A DNA stretch of 64,000 bases from IMG/VR virus record IMGVR_UViG_3300030104_004354; one strand, 5' to 3'. Both the position numbers and the translations under genes were made by a program. Origin of the DNA: an uncultured virus (IMG/VR IMGVR_UViG_3300030104_004354) (taxonomy: Duplodnaviria; Heunggongvirae; Uroviricota; Caudoviricetes). Below the pieces are notes generated by a model. It saw only the letters and a program-made list of their open reading frames with translations, ran no database searches and had not been told where the DNA came from. This document shows positions 1 through 9,221 of the stretch, piece by piece (position 1 is the stretch's first letter; every line of letters starts with the position of its first letter).

Positions 1-34
1 TTAGGCTATTGGTTTGCAATTGAGTGCTAACAAG

Positions 35-457
35 TTATTGGTAAAGCTTGGATTCCTGCCGACTGTTAGCGGAAAGCTGGACAAGCATATCTTTCTTCAT
101 CTCCAAGGTGCTACAGATACCCTTAGTATATCCATAGCTTTCCTTGAGACGACGAACTTCATTGTTTAGTTCTCCAGTCAATTCAAGCGACTGAACATAA
201 TCTTCAGCAGCGACAGCAGTCAGCTTGACGCCTTCGCTCCTCTTTGAGGTTCGCGCAGATGCCTTGTAGTTCTCCAAAGCATCTTCAGCGTTGTCCAAGA
301 GTCTCTTAACCTTGATCATGATACCATAATAATAGCCGTAAAGGGCTGAAATTTCACGAAGTTGGTTAGCCACCTCATGAGGATCACGGGCCACTTGTCC
401 TACGTTTTTGATGGCGGTCTCGTAGGCCTCTTGCGTAATGTTTTCGGGATCAAGCAT
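35..457 (-). CDS. uvsY: UvsY-like recombination mediator protein
   Basis: About 140 aa, all-helical, with a C-terminal LEMKKDMLVQLSANSRQE pattern like phage UvsY. Lies in the replication module. ATG at 457 overlaps the upstream stop (alternative TTG at 469). Confidence 0.6.
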   Translation of the reverse strand: MLDPENITQEAYETAIKNVGQVARDPHEVANQLREISALYGYYYGIMIKVKRLLDNAEDALENYKASARTSKRSEGVKLTAVAAEDYVQSLELTGELNNEVRRLKESYGYTKGICSTLEMKKDMLVQLSANSRQESKLYQ

Positions 458-851
458 AGATTGTTGCAAATAGTTTGGGGTTTAAATTCTGAATTAACAT
501 AGTTTGCTTTGTGAGTGCTACCACAAGTTGCTCATTAGACATAAACATCCTCTGCTGGTCAAAGTTTTTCTCATCTAATCCTACACTTTCTAGCATACAG
601 TGGTAGATTTCATGAATTATAGTCTCTCTAGCATCGAAATCCGAAAGACTCATTTCTAATTTTATTGCACGCTCATCCCAACAACAGAGCCCATCAACTT
701 TTTGATCGTCTTGATGAAGATCTGAGTGCAATTCAAAAGTAAAGGTGGCCCACCCTAATTCTACAGTGCCTATCTCCTTATCCACAAATTTATTGTAGAT
801 GTGCTTTTTCTCTTTAATGAATGGGAAGTCACTCGGCGTGCTGTTCTTCAT
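450..851 (-). CDS. Zinc metallopeptidase-like protein (ImmA/IrrE-type HExxH)
   Basis: DGLC...IKL...ETIIHEIYH motif and a downstream NEQLV glutamate ligand. Confidence 0.7.
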   Translation of the reverse strand: MKNSTPSDFPFIKEKKHIYNKFVDKEIGTVELGWATFTFELHSDLHQDDQKVDGLCCWDERAIKLEMSLSDFDARETIIHEIYHCMLESVGLDEKNFDQQRMFMSNEQLVVALTKQTMLIQNLNPKLFATIYA

Positions 852-2139
852 GTGATGGCTCTCTCATCTGAAGGGTCGTGTAGTCGATCCCAATATTAAT
901 TAGGTAGTGCTGCTTCGAGTCGCGAGCCTTAATAACAAAGACTCGCATTTGACCCTCATCATACTCTTCTTGCGTCTGATTTAAAGAGATAACCCAGTCT
1001 GCTGGACGAATTTTTCCATACGAATCACCAAGCTCTGCATCTGTGATAATGTTGACACGACGAGCCTGACGATTGGTCTGAGAAGCTGTCCAAACCAAGC
1101 AATTATGCTCCACCGCAAGACCTCGAAGCTCCTCTGCGATCCGCTGTTGAGCCTGATACTCAGAGTCAATAATACGGTTTGGACGAAGAAGTTCCAGGTA
1201 ATCTACAATGATCAGGTCTGGTACAAAGTCTTTGTGAAGTCGTAACTGCACAAGCAGGGCTCGTAACTGATTCACATTAGAAGCACCTGTTGGGAACTCC
1301 TTGATGATCAGCCTGCCATTGGTTTTGGTCTGAACTTCCTTAAGACGGTCCTTAAGCTTCAACTGAGCGTGAGGCTTCTTAAGATCAGCGTTACGAATCT
1401 CTGTGAGCACAGAGTCGAATCGTCCTGCGATCTTATCTTGGCTCATCTCCAACGAGAGATACAAAACGTTCTTACCTTCGTAGATGGCATGAGCGCCCTG
1501 ATTGACAAGATACAATGACTTGCCAACACCTGGAGGCGCTACAACAATTGCAAGCTCCTTAGCTGCCAAGCCACCTTCAAGATGCCTATCATGGGTGTTG
1601 AATACCGTAGAAATTTTTCGCTCGTTATTATCCTGGTAGGATCTGTATAGGCGAGCGTTAACCTCTTCGAAGTAGTCCTGACCAACGTCTACGTTACGGT
1701 TTATGAGTAACGCATTTTTTACAAGCTCTTCAACTTCAGCGATATCACCCTCTTCGTTGAGAATGACCATCGCCTTACGAACAGCGCCATCCATTGCTTT
1801 CTGACGAGCAAACTCCTCTACGGTGTCGAGCAAGAACTCGCGGTCGCCAAGACACGACTTGTCAATAGTGTTAATCTCTGCAATAGTATTCTCGTAATCA
1901 ATGCCTGCATCAGCCGCGCCCGAAACACTAGCATTAATGTAGTCTGGCAGAACTGAATCTGAGGGCAGCTTACGATACTTATCGTAATAGTTTCTTACAC
2001 CTAGAAAGACATTCTTATAAGCGGGGAAGTCGAAGTAGTCCGACTTCAGAAGTGGCACGATCTCAGAAAAGAACTCGATGTCCTTCTTGAGTAGATACAG
2101 ACAACCCCGCTTGGTGTTGTCGCTAATATGGTAGGGCAT
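829..2139 (-). CDS. gp41: Replicative DNA helicase (DnaB / T4 gp41 family)
   Basis: Walker A APPGVGKS, YLSLEMS, IIVDYLELL, WTASQTNR, LGDSYGK and KAR motifs. Confidence 0.95.
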   Translation of the reverse strand: MPYHISDNTKRGCLYLLKKDIEFFSEIVPLLKSDYFDFPAYKNVFLGVRNYYDKYRKLPSDSVLPDYINASVSGAADAGIDYENTIAEINTIDKSCLGDREFLLDTVEEFARQKAMDGAVRKAMVILNEEGDIAEVEELVKNALLINRNVDVGQDYFEEVNARLYRSYQDNNERKISTVFNTHDRHLEGGLAAKELAIVVAPPGVGKSLYLVNQGAHAIYEGKNVLYLSLEMSQDKIAGRFDSVLTEIRNADLKKPHAQLKLKDRLKEVQTKTNGRLIIKEFPTGASNVNQLRALLVQLRLHKDFVPDLIIVDYLELLRPNRIIDSEYQAQQRIAEELRGLAVEHNCLVWTASQTNRQARRVNIITDAELGDSYGKIRPADWVISLNQTQEEYDEGQMRVFVIKARDSKQHYLINIGIDYTTLQMREPSHEEQHAE

Positions 2140-2142
2140 GCA

Positions 2143-2151
2143 GTATGATAG
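2143..2151 (-). promoter_or_regulatory. CTATCATAC -10-like element, 5 nt between hexamer and helicase ATG (leaderless promoter candidate)
   Basis: Matches the recurring CTATNATAG motif. No Shine-Dalgarno between the element and the ATG. Confidence 0.55.
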
Positions 2152-2160
2152 GTTGGTGGG

Positions 2161-2718
2161 TTACTTTTTAAAATTTTGTTTTCCAAGAGTTCCGTCCTTG
2201 GTCAGAGAACGGTTCATGTCTTTTAGGTTTTGAGCCTGCTGCTGTGCATCACCTTTGGTTCTCCGCTTAACAACTCCTTCTTTTTCAAGAACCTTGAAGT
2301 TGGGAACAACCTTTTTGTAGTGCTGATCTCCTGATTTAACTCTTTTCTTTGTGGCTTCCATGGACTCAGTATAGAATTTCTCTGCTTGCTTTTTATCCAT
2401 ACCGTAGTGATTGTATCTTTGTCTTTCCTTTAGAGCATGATAAGAGTTTTTACCGTGCTTGATGGTTGGAGCGTCTCCTACTATACGGTCGCCCTCACCA
2501 CCACAATAGCATTCTACCACATCAGGTGGCATTTTACCATACTTAACTTCCTTGTAAACTTCATAATCTCTAGGATCATCCCAATCAGGAAGAGCATCAA
2601 TCTCCTCCTGATTGAGACTGCTAACTAAAACTTGCTCAGTAAATATACCGTTTACCAAAGGAATGTGACGCAGTTCTTCCTTATCACATTCCTTGCAGTA
2701 ATAGTTGTAGTAGGGCAT
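2161..2718 (-). CDS. FmdB-like zinc-ribbon protein
   Basis: Starts MPYYNYYCKEC, with a second CYCGG pair after a long insertion. ATG at 2718 overlaps the RNR stop. Confidence 0.65.
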   Translation of the reverse strand: MPYYNYYCKECDKEELRHIPLVNGIFTEQVLVSSLNQEEIDALPDWDDPRDYEVYKEVKYGKMPPDVVECYCGGEGDRIVGDAPTIKHGKNSYHALKERQRYNHYGMDKKQAEKFYTESMEATKKRVKSGDQHYKKVVPNFKVLEKEGVVKRRTKGDAQQQAQNLKDMNRSLTKDGTLGKQNFKK

Positions 2719-4622
2719 CAGGCTCCGCACTCCCCACCAATCTTACAGGCTTCAACCGCCATTTCAGTCTCAGCTTGTTCAGCAGCAATAAGCTCCTTAG
2801 CCTTGGCGATGTTCTCATCGGTCGGAGACAGAGCTTCTAGAGGCTCCATACCCTTTGAACCCGCTCGGTACACTGTCATACCCTTAAGGTATGGAGCATA
2901 CTTGAGAGCCATCTTGGACACCACTTCATGACTCGCATCGTTAGGTAAGTTAATGGTCTTACTAATCGCGTTATCAACATACTTTTGGATACAAGCTTGA
3001 ACTGCCATGTGCTGTTCAGCAGTAATATCGTAAGCACCTACAATGTGACGACCATTACTACCCTTCATCAACTCCTCCTTAAACAAAGGATCAAGAACCA
3101 GAGTGGACTTCCAAGTATTACCTTCACGATAACGACGATTATACATTGGAGCAAAGATCGGCTCAATACCCGTCGAGGCACCATGTACCATTGAAATCGT
3201 GCCCGTAGGAGCAGCCGTAAGCATTACAGCGTTTCGAATACCATGCTCCTTAATGAGCATTCGAATGCGTGCAGGGAGAGTCTTAGCGAACTCTTCGTTC
3301 AGGTACTTGCGAGCATTGAACTCAGGGAAAGAACCACGCTCACGAGCAATGTAAACTGAAGCGAGGTAAGACTCGTTACGAATCGTAGTGTAGAGTCGAT
3401 CAATAAACTCAATGCACTTATCTGTGCCATACTTAATGCCAAGCTTGATAAGCATGTGGTGCAGACCCATTGTGCCCAACCCGATACGACGCGAACGATC
3501 ACCCGCAATCTTGCATTCCTCAATAGGATAGTGATTTGCGGTCAACGTGTTATCAAGGAATCGAATGCCAGTGCGAATAGTTCTAGCAAGTCGGTTCCAG
3601 TCCAAGTCGCTACCGTCCTCGTTTACCATGTTGGAAAGGTTGACGTGGCCCAAGCAGCAGTTAGCATACGAGTCCAACGGAATCTCACCACAAGGGTTGG
3701 TGGCATTCATTCGAAGGAAGTAAGACATGTTGGTGTATCGGTTCGTCAGCGATAGGTTGAAGATACCCGGCTCACCAGACTTGACCGCATTTTCCCACAA
3801 GCGATTCCACAAATCAATAGCCTTGAACTGAACTTCCTGAACGTCCTCAAATTGATCGTCCCAACCACGAAGATGATGCTGCTTTGCACGGCCTAGAGCA
3901 TCTTCCTCAGACAATCCAACAATGTTGATTACTTCACTGTGTCCGTCGCTTGAAATTCTGTTTGCCGAGTAGACCTTGTAGTCTCTGTTGCCAAACTTAA
4001 ACTGCCAGTTTTCGTTATTTTCACACGCTTCAATAAACTTATCGGTGATTGCAACCGAGATATTGAAGTTAGTTAGCTGAGAAAGATCCAGCTTAATATG
4101 CAAAAAGTCCAGTAGATCAGGGTGATCCACATTAAGTTCCGCCATAAGTGCGGTCCTTCTGTTTTTACCTGCCTTAACATGATTTCCTACCTCATTAATC
4201 ATTTGCATCACTGACACAGAGCCAGGAGCAGAGTTTTTCACATTTCCTATATCATCACCCTTAGGGCGAATCTTTGAAAAGTTGAAGCCAATACCACCAC
4301 CTCCACAAGAGATGCGATACATATCTTGAATGGTTTTACCAATGGATTCAACACTATCTTCAGGCTCAATAGCATAGCAATTGAGAAGATTTTGCTGGCT
4401 ACGACCGGCACCATAAATAATTCGACCGCCAGGAACGAGATCGCCTGTGCTCAGAGCATCGTAAAACTTCTTCTCGTACTTTTCAATCTCTTCTTCACTT
4501 TCGACAGCGGCAATGTGCTTCGCCATCACCTTACATCTCTCAGAGTATTTCGTTTCGCCAGGGTAAGCGTAACGCTGCATAAAAATATCTTGTCCCAAAC
4601 TATCCAATTGCTTAATTGCCAT
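2718..4622 (-). CDS. nrdJ: Ribonucleotide reductase, class II (adenosylcobalamin-dependent) type
   Basis: PGGRI, LLNCY, GGGIG, TNPCGEIPL, NCCLG, APTGTIS, AISKTINLP and a C-terminal Cys pair. No ATP cone, and no NrdB in the window. Confidence 0.85.
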   Translation of the reverse strand: MAIKQLDSLGQDIFMQRYAYPGETKYSERCKVMAKHIAAVESEEEIEKYEKKFYDALSTGDLVPGGRIIYGAGRSQQNLLNCYAIEPEDSVESIGKTIQDMYRISCGGGGIGFNFSKIRPKGDDIGNVKNSAPGSVSVMQMINEVGNHVKAGKNRRTALMAELNVDHPDLLDFLHIKLDLSQLTNFNISVAITDKFIEACENNENWQFKFGNRDYKVYSANRISSDGHSEVINIVGLSEEDALGRAKQHHLRGWDDQFEDVQEVQFKAIDLWNRLWENAVKSGEPGIFNLSLTNRYTNMSYFLRMNATNPCGEIPLDSYANCCLGHVNLSNMVNEDGSDLDWNRLARTIRTGIRFLDNTLTANHYPIEECKIAGDRSRRIGLGTMGLHHMLIKLGIKYGTDKCIEFIDRLYTTIRNESYLASVYIARERGSFPEFNARKYLNEEFAKTLPARIRMLIKEHGIRNAVMLTAAPTGTISMVHGASTGIEPIFAPMYNRRYREGNTWKSTLVLDPLFKEELMKGSNGRHIVGAYDITAEQHMAVQACIQKYVDNAISKTINLPNDASHEVVSKMALKYAPYLKGMTVYRAGSKGMEPLEALSPTDENIAKAKELIAAEQAETEMAVEACKIGGECGA

Positions 4623-6213
4623 GATTGACCTTACTTATACCTTTGTGTTTTCTAACTGTAATCGCATTCGTGTCTCCCAGAAGTTCCTGTAAATAATTAT
4701 TATGTGTAATCACTAAAACCTTCTTCTCAGGATTCTGGGATTCTAAAGTGCGAAGAAGATTATTAACAGCCAAGATACCAGGATTGTCGATATTATCACA
4801 AACCTCATCGAAGAACAAGAGGTTGCAATCAGTTCTCGAAATCTTAGAGCTAAGATCTTGAAGTGCTAACATGATAGCCAAGTTAACCTTTCTTTTCTCA
4901 CCTCCAGATAAAGAAATATACTTGGTCTCTACATTGTTGTTACGAATGGTTTCTGACAACTCGTCATTGAACTCCAAAGAGAACTGTCCACCAGTCAGGA
5001 TTGAAGCATACTCGTTAGATCTTAAGTTGAAGTAATCCAAAATGTTCCTAATGATGTAACGAATAAGTCCCTTTTCTGAAAAAGCAATTTCCCAGAACTT
5101 CATAACCTCAAGTAAAGAATCAAGCTCCAGCCTCTTGGCTTCGTATTCCTCTAACTGTGCTGATACTTGGGATAGTCTATGTATGCTACTTTGAGCATTC
5201 TCAATCTGTTTATTTTTCTTATTGTATTTAGCCCACTCAGATGAAGAGATCTTTGGCTTTGATGTCTCATTGATGTCTCTGAGATCCTTAATTAGGATCT
5301 CTTCCTCTTTGATCCGGTGAGCAAGCTCATCTGCGTCCCCACCAAGGCTGATAATATCTTGCTTGGTTTGAGACTTGGTGTATTTGCTTTTGCAGACATG
5401 ACACTCTTTCTCTTCTTCGTAAACTCCTTCCTTAATTGAATCATTAATTCTACGAAGACGATCACGTTCTTTCTTTATTGCTCTCTGATACTCTCGAATG
5501 TGCTTCTCATTCTCTGTGATCCTTGCTTCAGCTTTTAGAATTTTTTCCAAGCTAGGTAGCTTAACCAACTTATACTTCTCATCAGGAACTTCAGCCTGCA
5601 ACTTATCTTTCTCGTTGATAAGGTTAGCTAGCAGGGTTCCAATCACTTTCAACTCACCTTGATATGAAGACTTCAATTGCTTAACAGAGGCACGCTTTGA
5701 GAAGATGTCATCAAGATTGAAACAGTTCTTTATAATCTTACGCTTATCCTCTGGAGTCGAATCGAGAAAAGTAAACGTGGAGTGCTGACCAAATACTACA
5801 GATGCTAAGAAAGACTTGTAATCACTCTCAAGTAGTTCTTCCAACGCATCTTGAGTCTGAGATGCGTTAGCCTTGTTTATTAAGGTTCCGTTAACTTCCA
5901 CGTCTAAACCAGTGGGCCTCTTAGACCTTGTAATTATGATGGTCCCAATGCCTTTCTTCTTGATTTCAACGCATACAGAGCAATCCTTGCCAGCCTGAGA
6001 GTTTACTAGAGCCGCTTCAGTAGACTTGCGAATCGTGGTGCCGTAGAGACCCCAGGTGACGGCCTCAAACAGAACACTCTTGCCAGCGCCATTAGATCCT
6101 CCACTATCTTTATTTCGACCTAGAATCCTGGTGATGCCGTCGAAGTCGGAAAAGTTTAGTTCTAAATGTTTGAATGAGTAAAAGTTCTTAGCCGTGATCT
6201 TCTTGATCTGCAT
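4612..6213 (-). CDS. gp46: SbcC/Rad50-like ATPase (T4 gp46 family)
   Basis: GSNGAGKS Walker A, coiled coil with CHVC zinc hook, LSGGE signature, LFFDE Walker B, ITH. Confidence 0.93.
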   Translation of the reverse strand: MQIKKITAKNFYSFKHLELNFSDFDGITRILGRNKDSGGSNGAGKSVLFEAVTWGLYGTTIRKSTEAALVNSQAGKDCSVCVEIKKKGIGTIIITRSKRPTGLDVEVNGTLINKANASQTQDALEELLESDYKSFLASVVFGQHSTFTFLDSTPEDKRKIIKNCFNLDDIFSKRASVKQLKSSYQGELKVIGTLLANLINEKDKLQAEVPDEKYKLVKLPSLEKILKAEARITENEKHIREYQRAIKKERDRLRRINDSIKEGVYEEEKECHVCKSKYTKSQTKQDIISLGGDADELAHRIKEEEILIKDLRDINETSKPKISSSEWAKYNKKNKQIENAQSSIHRLSQVSAQLEEYEAKRLELDSLLEVMKFWEIAFSEKGLIRYIIRNILDYFNLRSNEYASILTGGQFSLEFNDELSETIRNNNVETKYISLSGGEKRKVNLAIMLALQDLSSKISRTDCNLLFFDEVCDNIDNPGILAVNNLLRTLESQNPEKKVLVITHNNYLQELLGDTNAITVRKHKGISKVNHGN

Positions 6214-7240
6214 AATCTTTGATAAGGTTTAAGCCTGCCTCTAGTCTATCCTTGGGTATCGTTGAGCATTGCTCCTCGATGTACTTACCGATAATGTCTG
6301 CATCAATTACAGTCAAAGGCACATTAGGATCATAGCCCGATAATCTCTCGTTTAGAGTATCATCATAGACGGGCTGAAACTTCAGATCGACATGAGCCAC
6401 TTTAAATTTATTAGCAATGTCGGCTCGAAGAAGAGAAGGTGGTTCATCTGCGAACTTATCAATAGTGACTCGCAAAAGGGTGAAGTAGTTCGGATCCGAG
6501 ATTTCATCCTTCATCGCCTCAAGAGCATCGTAAGGAGCCTCATAAAATCGTGGTCCAAACTCTACTTTAAATTTATTAAGTGGACCCCAGCCGTTAGAAG
6601 TTTCTTCCAACACAGCTACATAGTGTTCGTTATCAGCTTCACCAAAGTTGGTAGACCAAGGAGTTCCCAAAATGGTTACATGCTCGTCTTCGAGATATCT
6701 GTGAATGTGGCCTAATACGGTGCGACAACCAAAGTCTTTTAGTTTAAGATCAGAATCAAAGCCACGGATGCCAAGATGGGCAGGACAATAGCTAAAATGC
6801 CCAAAAGCGACATAATTATCATCAGGTCCTCTATGTAAGTGCTCCTTAATTGTTTCTTCGTTTTCATAGTGAGGTATTAGTAAAAATTTAAGATCAGTAT
6901 CAGTTAAAGTTTGCTGGACAAGCCGCACTTTCGACCCTGGGTAGCAAAGTGTTTCCAGCGCAGTCAACCCGTCATCATTTCTATTTTGAGAATCATGGTT
7001 TCCTCTGAGCACATACATAAATTTCAAACCTGGAGTTAAAGCCAGCTTCTGAAACATTCGATGAACAGCAATTATAACCTCTGGTGATGGCTTTCTATGG
7101 TGATAGATATCACCTAAAAATACAACGTGAGTAGGTTTGTGATCATTAACAAGCCTGATCGTAGATTCTATTTGGCTTTGGAGATAGCCTTCACATTTGG
7201 TGTCGTAGTGAGTGTCCCCAATAATGAGACACTTCTTCAT
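6188..7240 (-). CDS. gp47: SbcD/Mre11-like nuclease (T4 gp47 family)
   Basis: Metallophosphoesterase motifs GDTH, LGDIYH, RGNHD, GHF, LGHIH. ATG at 7240 overlaps the thyX stop. Confidence 0.92.
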   Translation of the reverse strand: MKKCLIIGDTHYDTKCEGYLQSQIESTIRLVNDHKPTHVVFLGDIYHHRKPSPEVIIAVHRMFQKLALTPGLKFMYVLRGNHDSQNRNDDGLTALETLCYPGSKVRLVQQTLTDTDLKFLLIPHYENEETIKEHLHRGPDDNYVAFGHFSYCPAHLGIRGFDSDLKLKDFGCRTVLGHIHRYLEDEHVTILGTPWSTNFGEADNEHYVAVLEETSNGWGPLNKFKVEFGPRFYEAPYDALEAMKDEISDPNYFTLLRVTIDKFADEPPSLLRADIANKFKVAHVDLKFQPVYDDTLNERLSGYDPNVPLTVIDADIIGKYIEEQCSTIPKDRLEAGLNLIKDYADQEDHG

Positions 7241-8025
7241 AGACTCTCCTTCGTAATCCCAAGCTCGCATAAGTCATCTCTCATTAATTCATAGATACCC
7301 TCAGCCAGCATCCGAATCTCATACTGAGCGTCTGGTTTGAGGCGCTGATGCAAGAACCAAATGATACTTTGCAAGCTAAGAGTCCAGTATGCTTTAGTAT
7401 ACATACACTGGGGTAGAATGCCTCTAGCCTGCTCTTTTGCCACACCATTTTTTACCATACGATTATACGTATACAAAGCATTTGTGCATAGCTGTTGCAT
7501 GTATTCAATAACCTCACCAGGATACATGTAACCCATAGTGTTCGAGTCCATGGGGTTTTCATACTCACCAGAGGATTGTTTGTTACCGTGAGGAGGATTG
7601 GATCTTAATTTTTCAGGAATGTAATAATCTTCCGAAGTCTGAGTATATCGACCACTAACCTCATTCCAAGAGCAACCCTTGTCTATATCGTACAAGTGAT
7701 CAAACTCCTCAATAAATATCTCCCTTCCGTCAGCCTCTACTGACCTAAACCCAGAACCAACCTGATATTTCATCAACTGCCGTGCCACAAAAATAGGCAG
7801 TTTCACTTGAAATGTATAGTAGGAGTGACGGAAGGGAGAAGTGTGCTCGTGCGTCCAAAGAAACTTAGTTAGTCTTCTATCTTTTTCGTCAAAGTCGCTC
7901 TTCTCATTGTCGTAAGAGCATCGTGCAGCATTGACGGTCTTCAAGGATGAGTTGGCGACCATGCGATCCACAAGGGCTACATTACTTTTCCCATCTTTAA
8001 GGAAGTCTATAATTTTATTGTTCAT
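7237..8025 (-). CDS. thyX: Flavin-dependent thymidylate synthase ThyX
   Basis: VNAARCSY, EHTSPF, PIFVARQL, SWNEVSGRY, EQARGILP, HQRLKPDAQYEIR. Start chosen at MNNKII (8025). Confidence 0.9.
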   Translation of the reverse strand: MNNKIIDFLKDGKSNVALVDRMVANSSLKTVNAARCSYDNEKSDFDEKDRRLTKFLWTHEHTSPFRHSYYTFQVKLPIFVARQLMKYQVGSGFRSVEADGREIFIEEFDHLYDIDKGCSWNEVSGRYTQTSEDYYIPEKLRSNPPHGNKQSSGEYENPMDSNTMGYMYPGEVIEYMQQLCTNALYTYNRMVKNGVAKEQARGILPQCMYTKAYWTLSLQSIIWFLHQRLKPDAQYEIRMLAEGIYELMRDDLCELGITKESL

Positions 8026-8041
8026 GAAGTTGGTTCTTCGG

Positions 8042-8048
8042 GTAAATA
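8042..8048 (+). promoter_or_regulatory. T4-type late promoter candidate GTAAATA
   Basis: Precedes an AGGAG Shine-Dalgarno and the 8069 ORF. The same motif precedes structural genes. Confidence 0.5.
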
Positions 8049-8056
8049 GTGTAGGA

Positions 8057-8065
8057 GTATTATAG
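8057..8065. promoter_or_regulatory. GTATTATAG/CTATAATAC bidirectional -10-like element between divergent thyX and the 8069 ORF
   Basis: Recurring near-palindromic motif with a perfect TATAAT on the minus strand. Confidence 0.55.
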
Positions 8066-8068
8066 CTC

Positions 8069-8470
8069 ATGTTAGATAGTTTTAGAGATACAATAGTTAA
8101 ATCTTTGACAGAGAAAGGGAAAATGCCTAAGAATTTCTCGGTCAAAAGTGGTGATAAATCTGCAAAGGGCGGTCTTACTGCAAAGGGCGTTAAACGCTAC
8201 AGAGCAGCGAATCCTGGATCTAAACTTAAAACTGCTGTAACCACTAAACCCTCTAAGCTCAAAAAGGGTAGTAAGGCTGCCAGTCGTCGTAAATCCTTCT
8301 GCGCTCGCATGAGCGGTATGAAGAAACGTCTAACCTCTGCTAAGACTGCGAGAGATCCTGACAGTCGTATCAACAAAGCTTTACGTAAATGGAATTGCTC
8401 CACCGATGTTAACCCTAATGCTCTGCATCAAATAGCTGAAAAAGTGCTGGAGAGATTTTTAAATGACTAA
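8069..8470 (+). CDS. Basic phage protein (GGLTAKG...RRKSFCARM...SRINKALRKWNC module, DUF6321-like), probable head-internal protein
   Basis: Conserved Lys/Arg-rich module recalled from T4-like marine phages, preceded by an LTE motif. Confidence 0.65.
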   Translation: MLDSFRDTIVKSLTEKGKMPKNFSVKSGDKSAKGGLTAKGVKRYRAANPGSKLKTAVTTKPSKLKKGSKAASRRKSFCARMSGMKKRLTSAKTARDPDSRINKALRKWNCSTDVNPNALHQIAEKVLERFLND

Positions 8471-9203
8471 AAAGAATCCATACGCCATTTGCACTGTCTC
8501 AGTTGGTCGTGACGACAAAAGAAAATACAATAGATGCGTGAAAAGTGTTAAGAAACAGGATAAAATGAGTGAAGGATTACCTGAGGCTGTGCCAACAGCC
8601 ATGCTACGTAAATCAAAAAACAAGAAAAAGAAAATGAAAGAGTCTCTCAAAAACGCTCGTTTAGAATTAGCTGAAAAATGCTGGGATGGTTGGACTCAAA
8701 AGGGATTAAAGAAGAAGGGTGATAGAATGGTCCCTAACTGTGTCAAAGAAGGTGACGATCCAAGAATGAAAACCACCCCTTCATCTATTCAGCAGGCAGG
8801 CGGTGATCCTGACGCATACAAGAGGGAAAAGGCTAAGAAAGACCCAAAGCCCGTAAGCAAGAAAGCAAGTCCTGCTCGCAGAGACACACTAGGCAGAAGT
8901 GGAGGCAAGTTCCGTAGAGAAAGGATTCAACCCGCCAAGGGTGCAGAGGGTCCAAGTGCTCCTACTCGTCAAGTCCCGGCGAAGAGTGATGTAAAGGGCG
9001 GTAAGGAAAACTTTAAAAAGGGCACCACTGAAAAGCCAATGTCTAGAAGAGATGTAAACAAAATGGGTGTTAGAGGGCAGGAATCTAAAATAGCTGCCAA
9101 GAAAAGAGCCATGGGTAAGAAGATTGGAGCGGCTAATATCCAACTGATGAAGGATATGGGTGCTCTTAAGTTTGACAAGCAAGGTAAGAGGATTAGAAAG
9201 TAG
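8463..9203 (+). CDS. Lys-rich modular phage protein (NPYAIC and KCWDG...VPNCVK modules)
   Basis: Overlaps the upstream stop. Short conserved phage modules are separated by x-x-E motifs. Confidence 0.6.
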   Translation: MTKKNPYAICTVSVGRDDKRKYNRCVKSVKKQDKMSEGLPEAVPTAMLRKSKNKKKKMKESLKNARLELAEKCWDGWTQKGLKKKGDRMVPNCVKEGDDPRMKTTPSSIQQAGGDPDAYKREKAKKDPKPVSKKASPARRDTLGRSGGKFRRERIQPAKGAEGPSAPTRQVPAKSDVKGGKENFKKGTTEKPMSRRDVNKMGVRGQESKIAAKKRAMGKKIGAANIQLMKDMGALKFDKQGKRIRK

Positions 9204-9221
9204 TAATACCTATATAAGGGT

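Noticed and set aside
8026..8145. Extended ThyX N-terminus from the ORF track
   Set aside because: It overlaps the divergent 8069 gene and the promoter motifs. The ThyX-like sequence starts at MNNKII.
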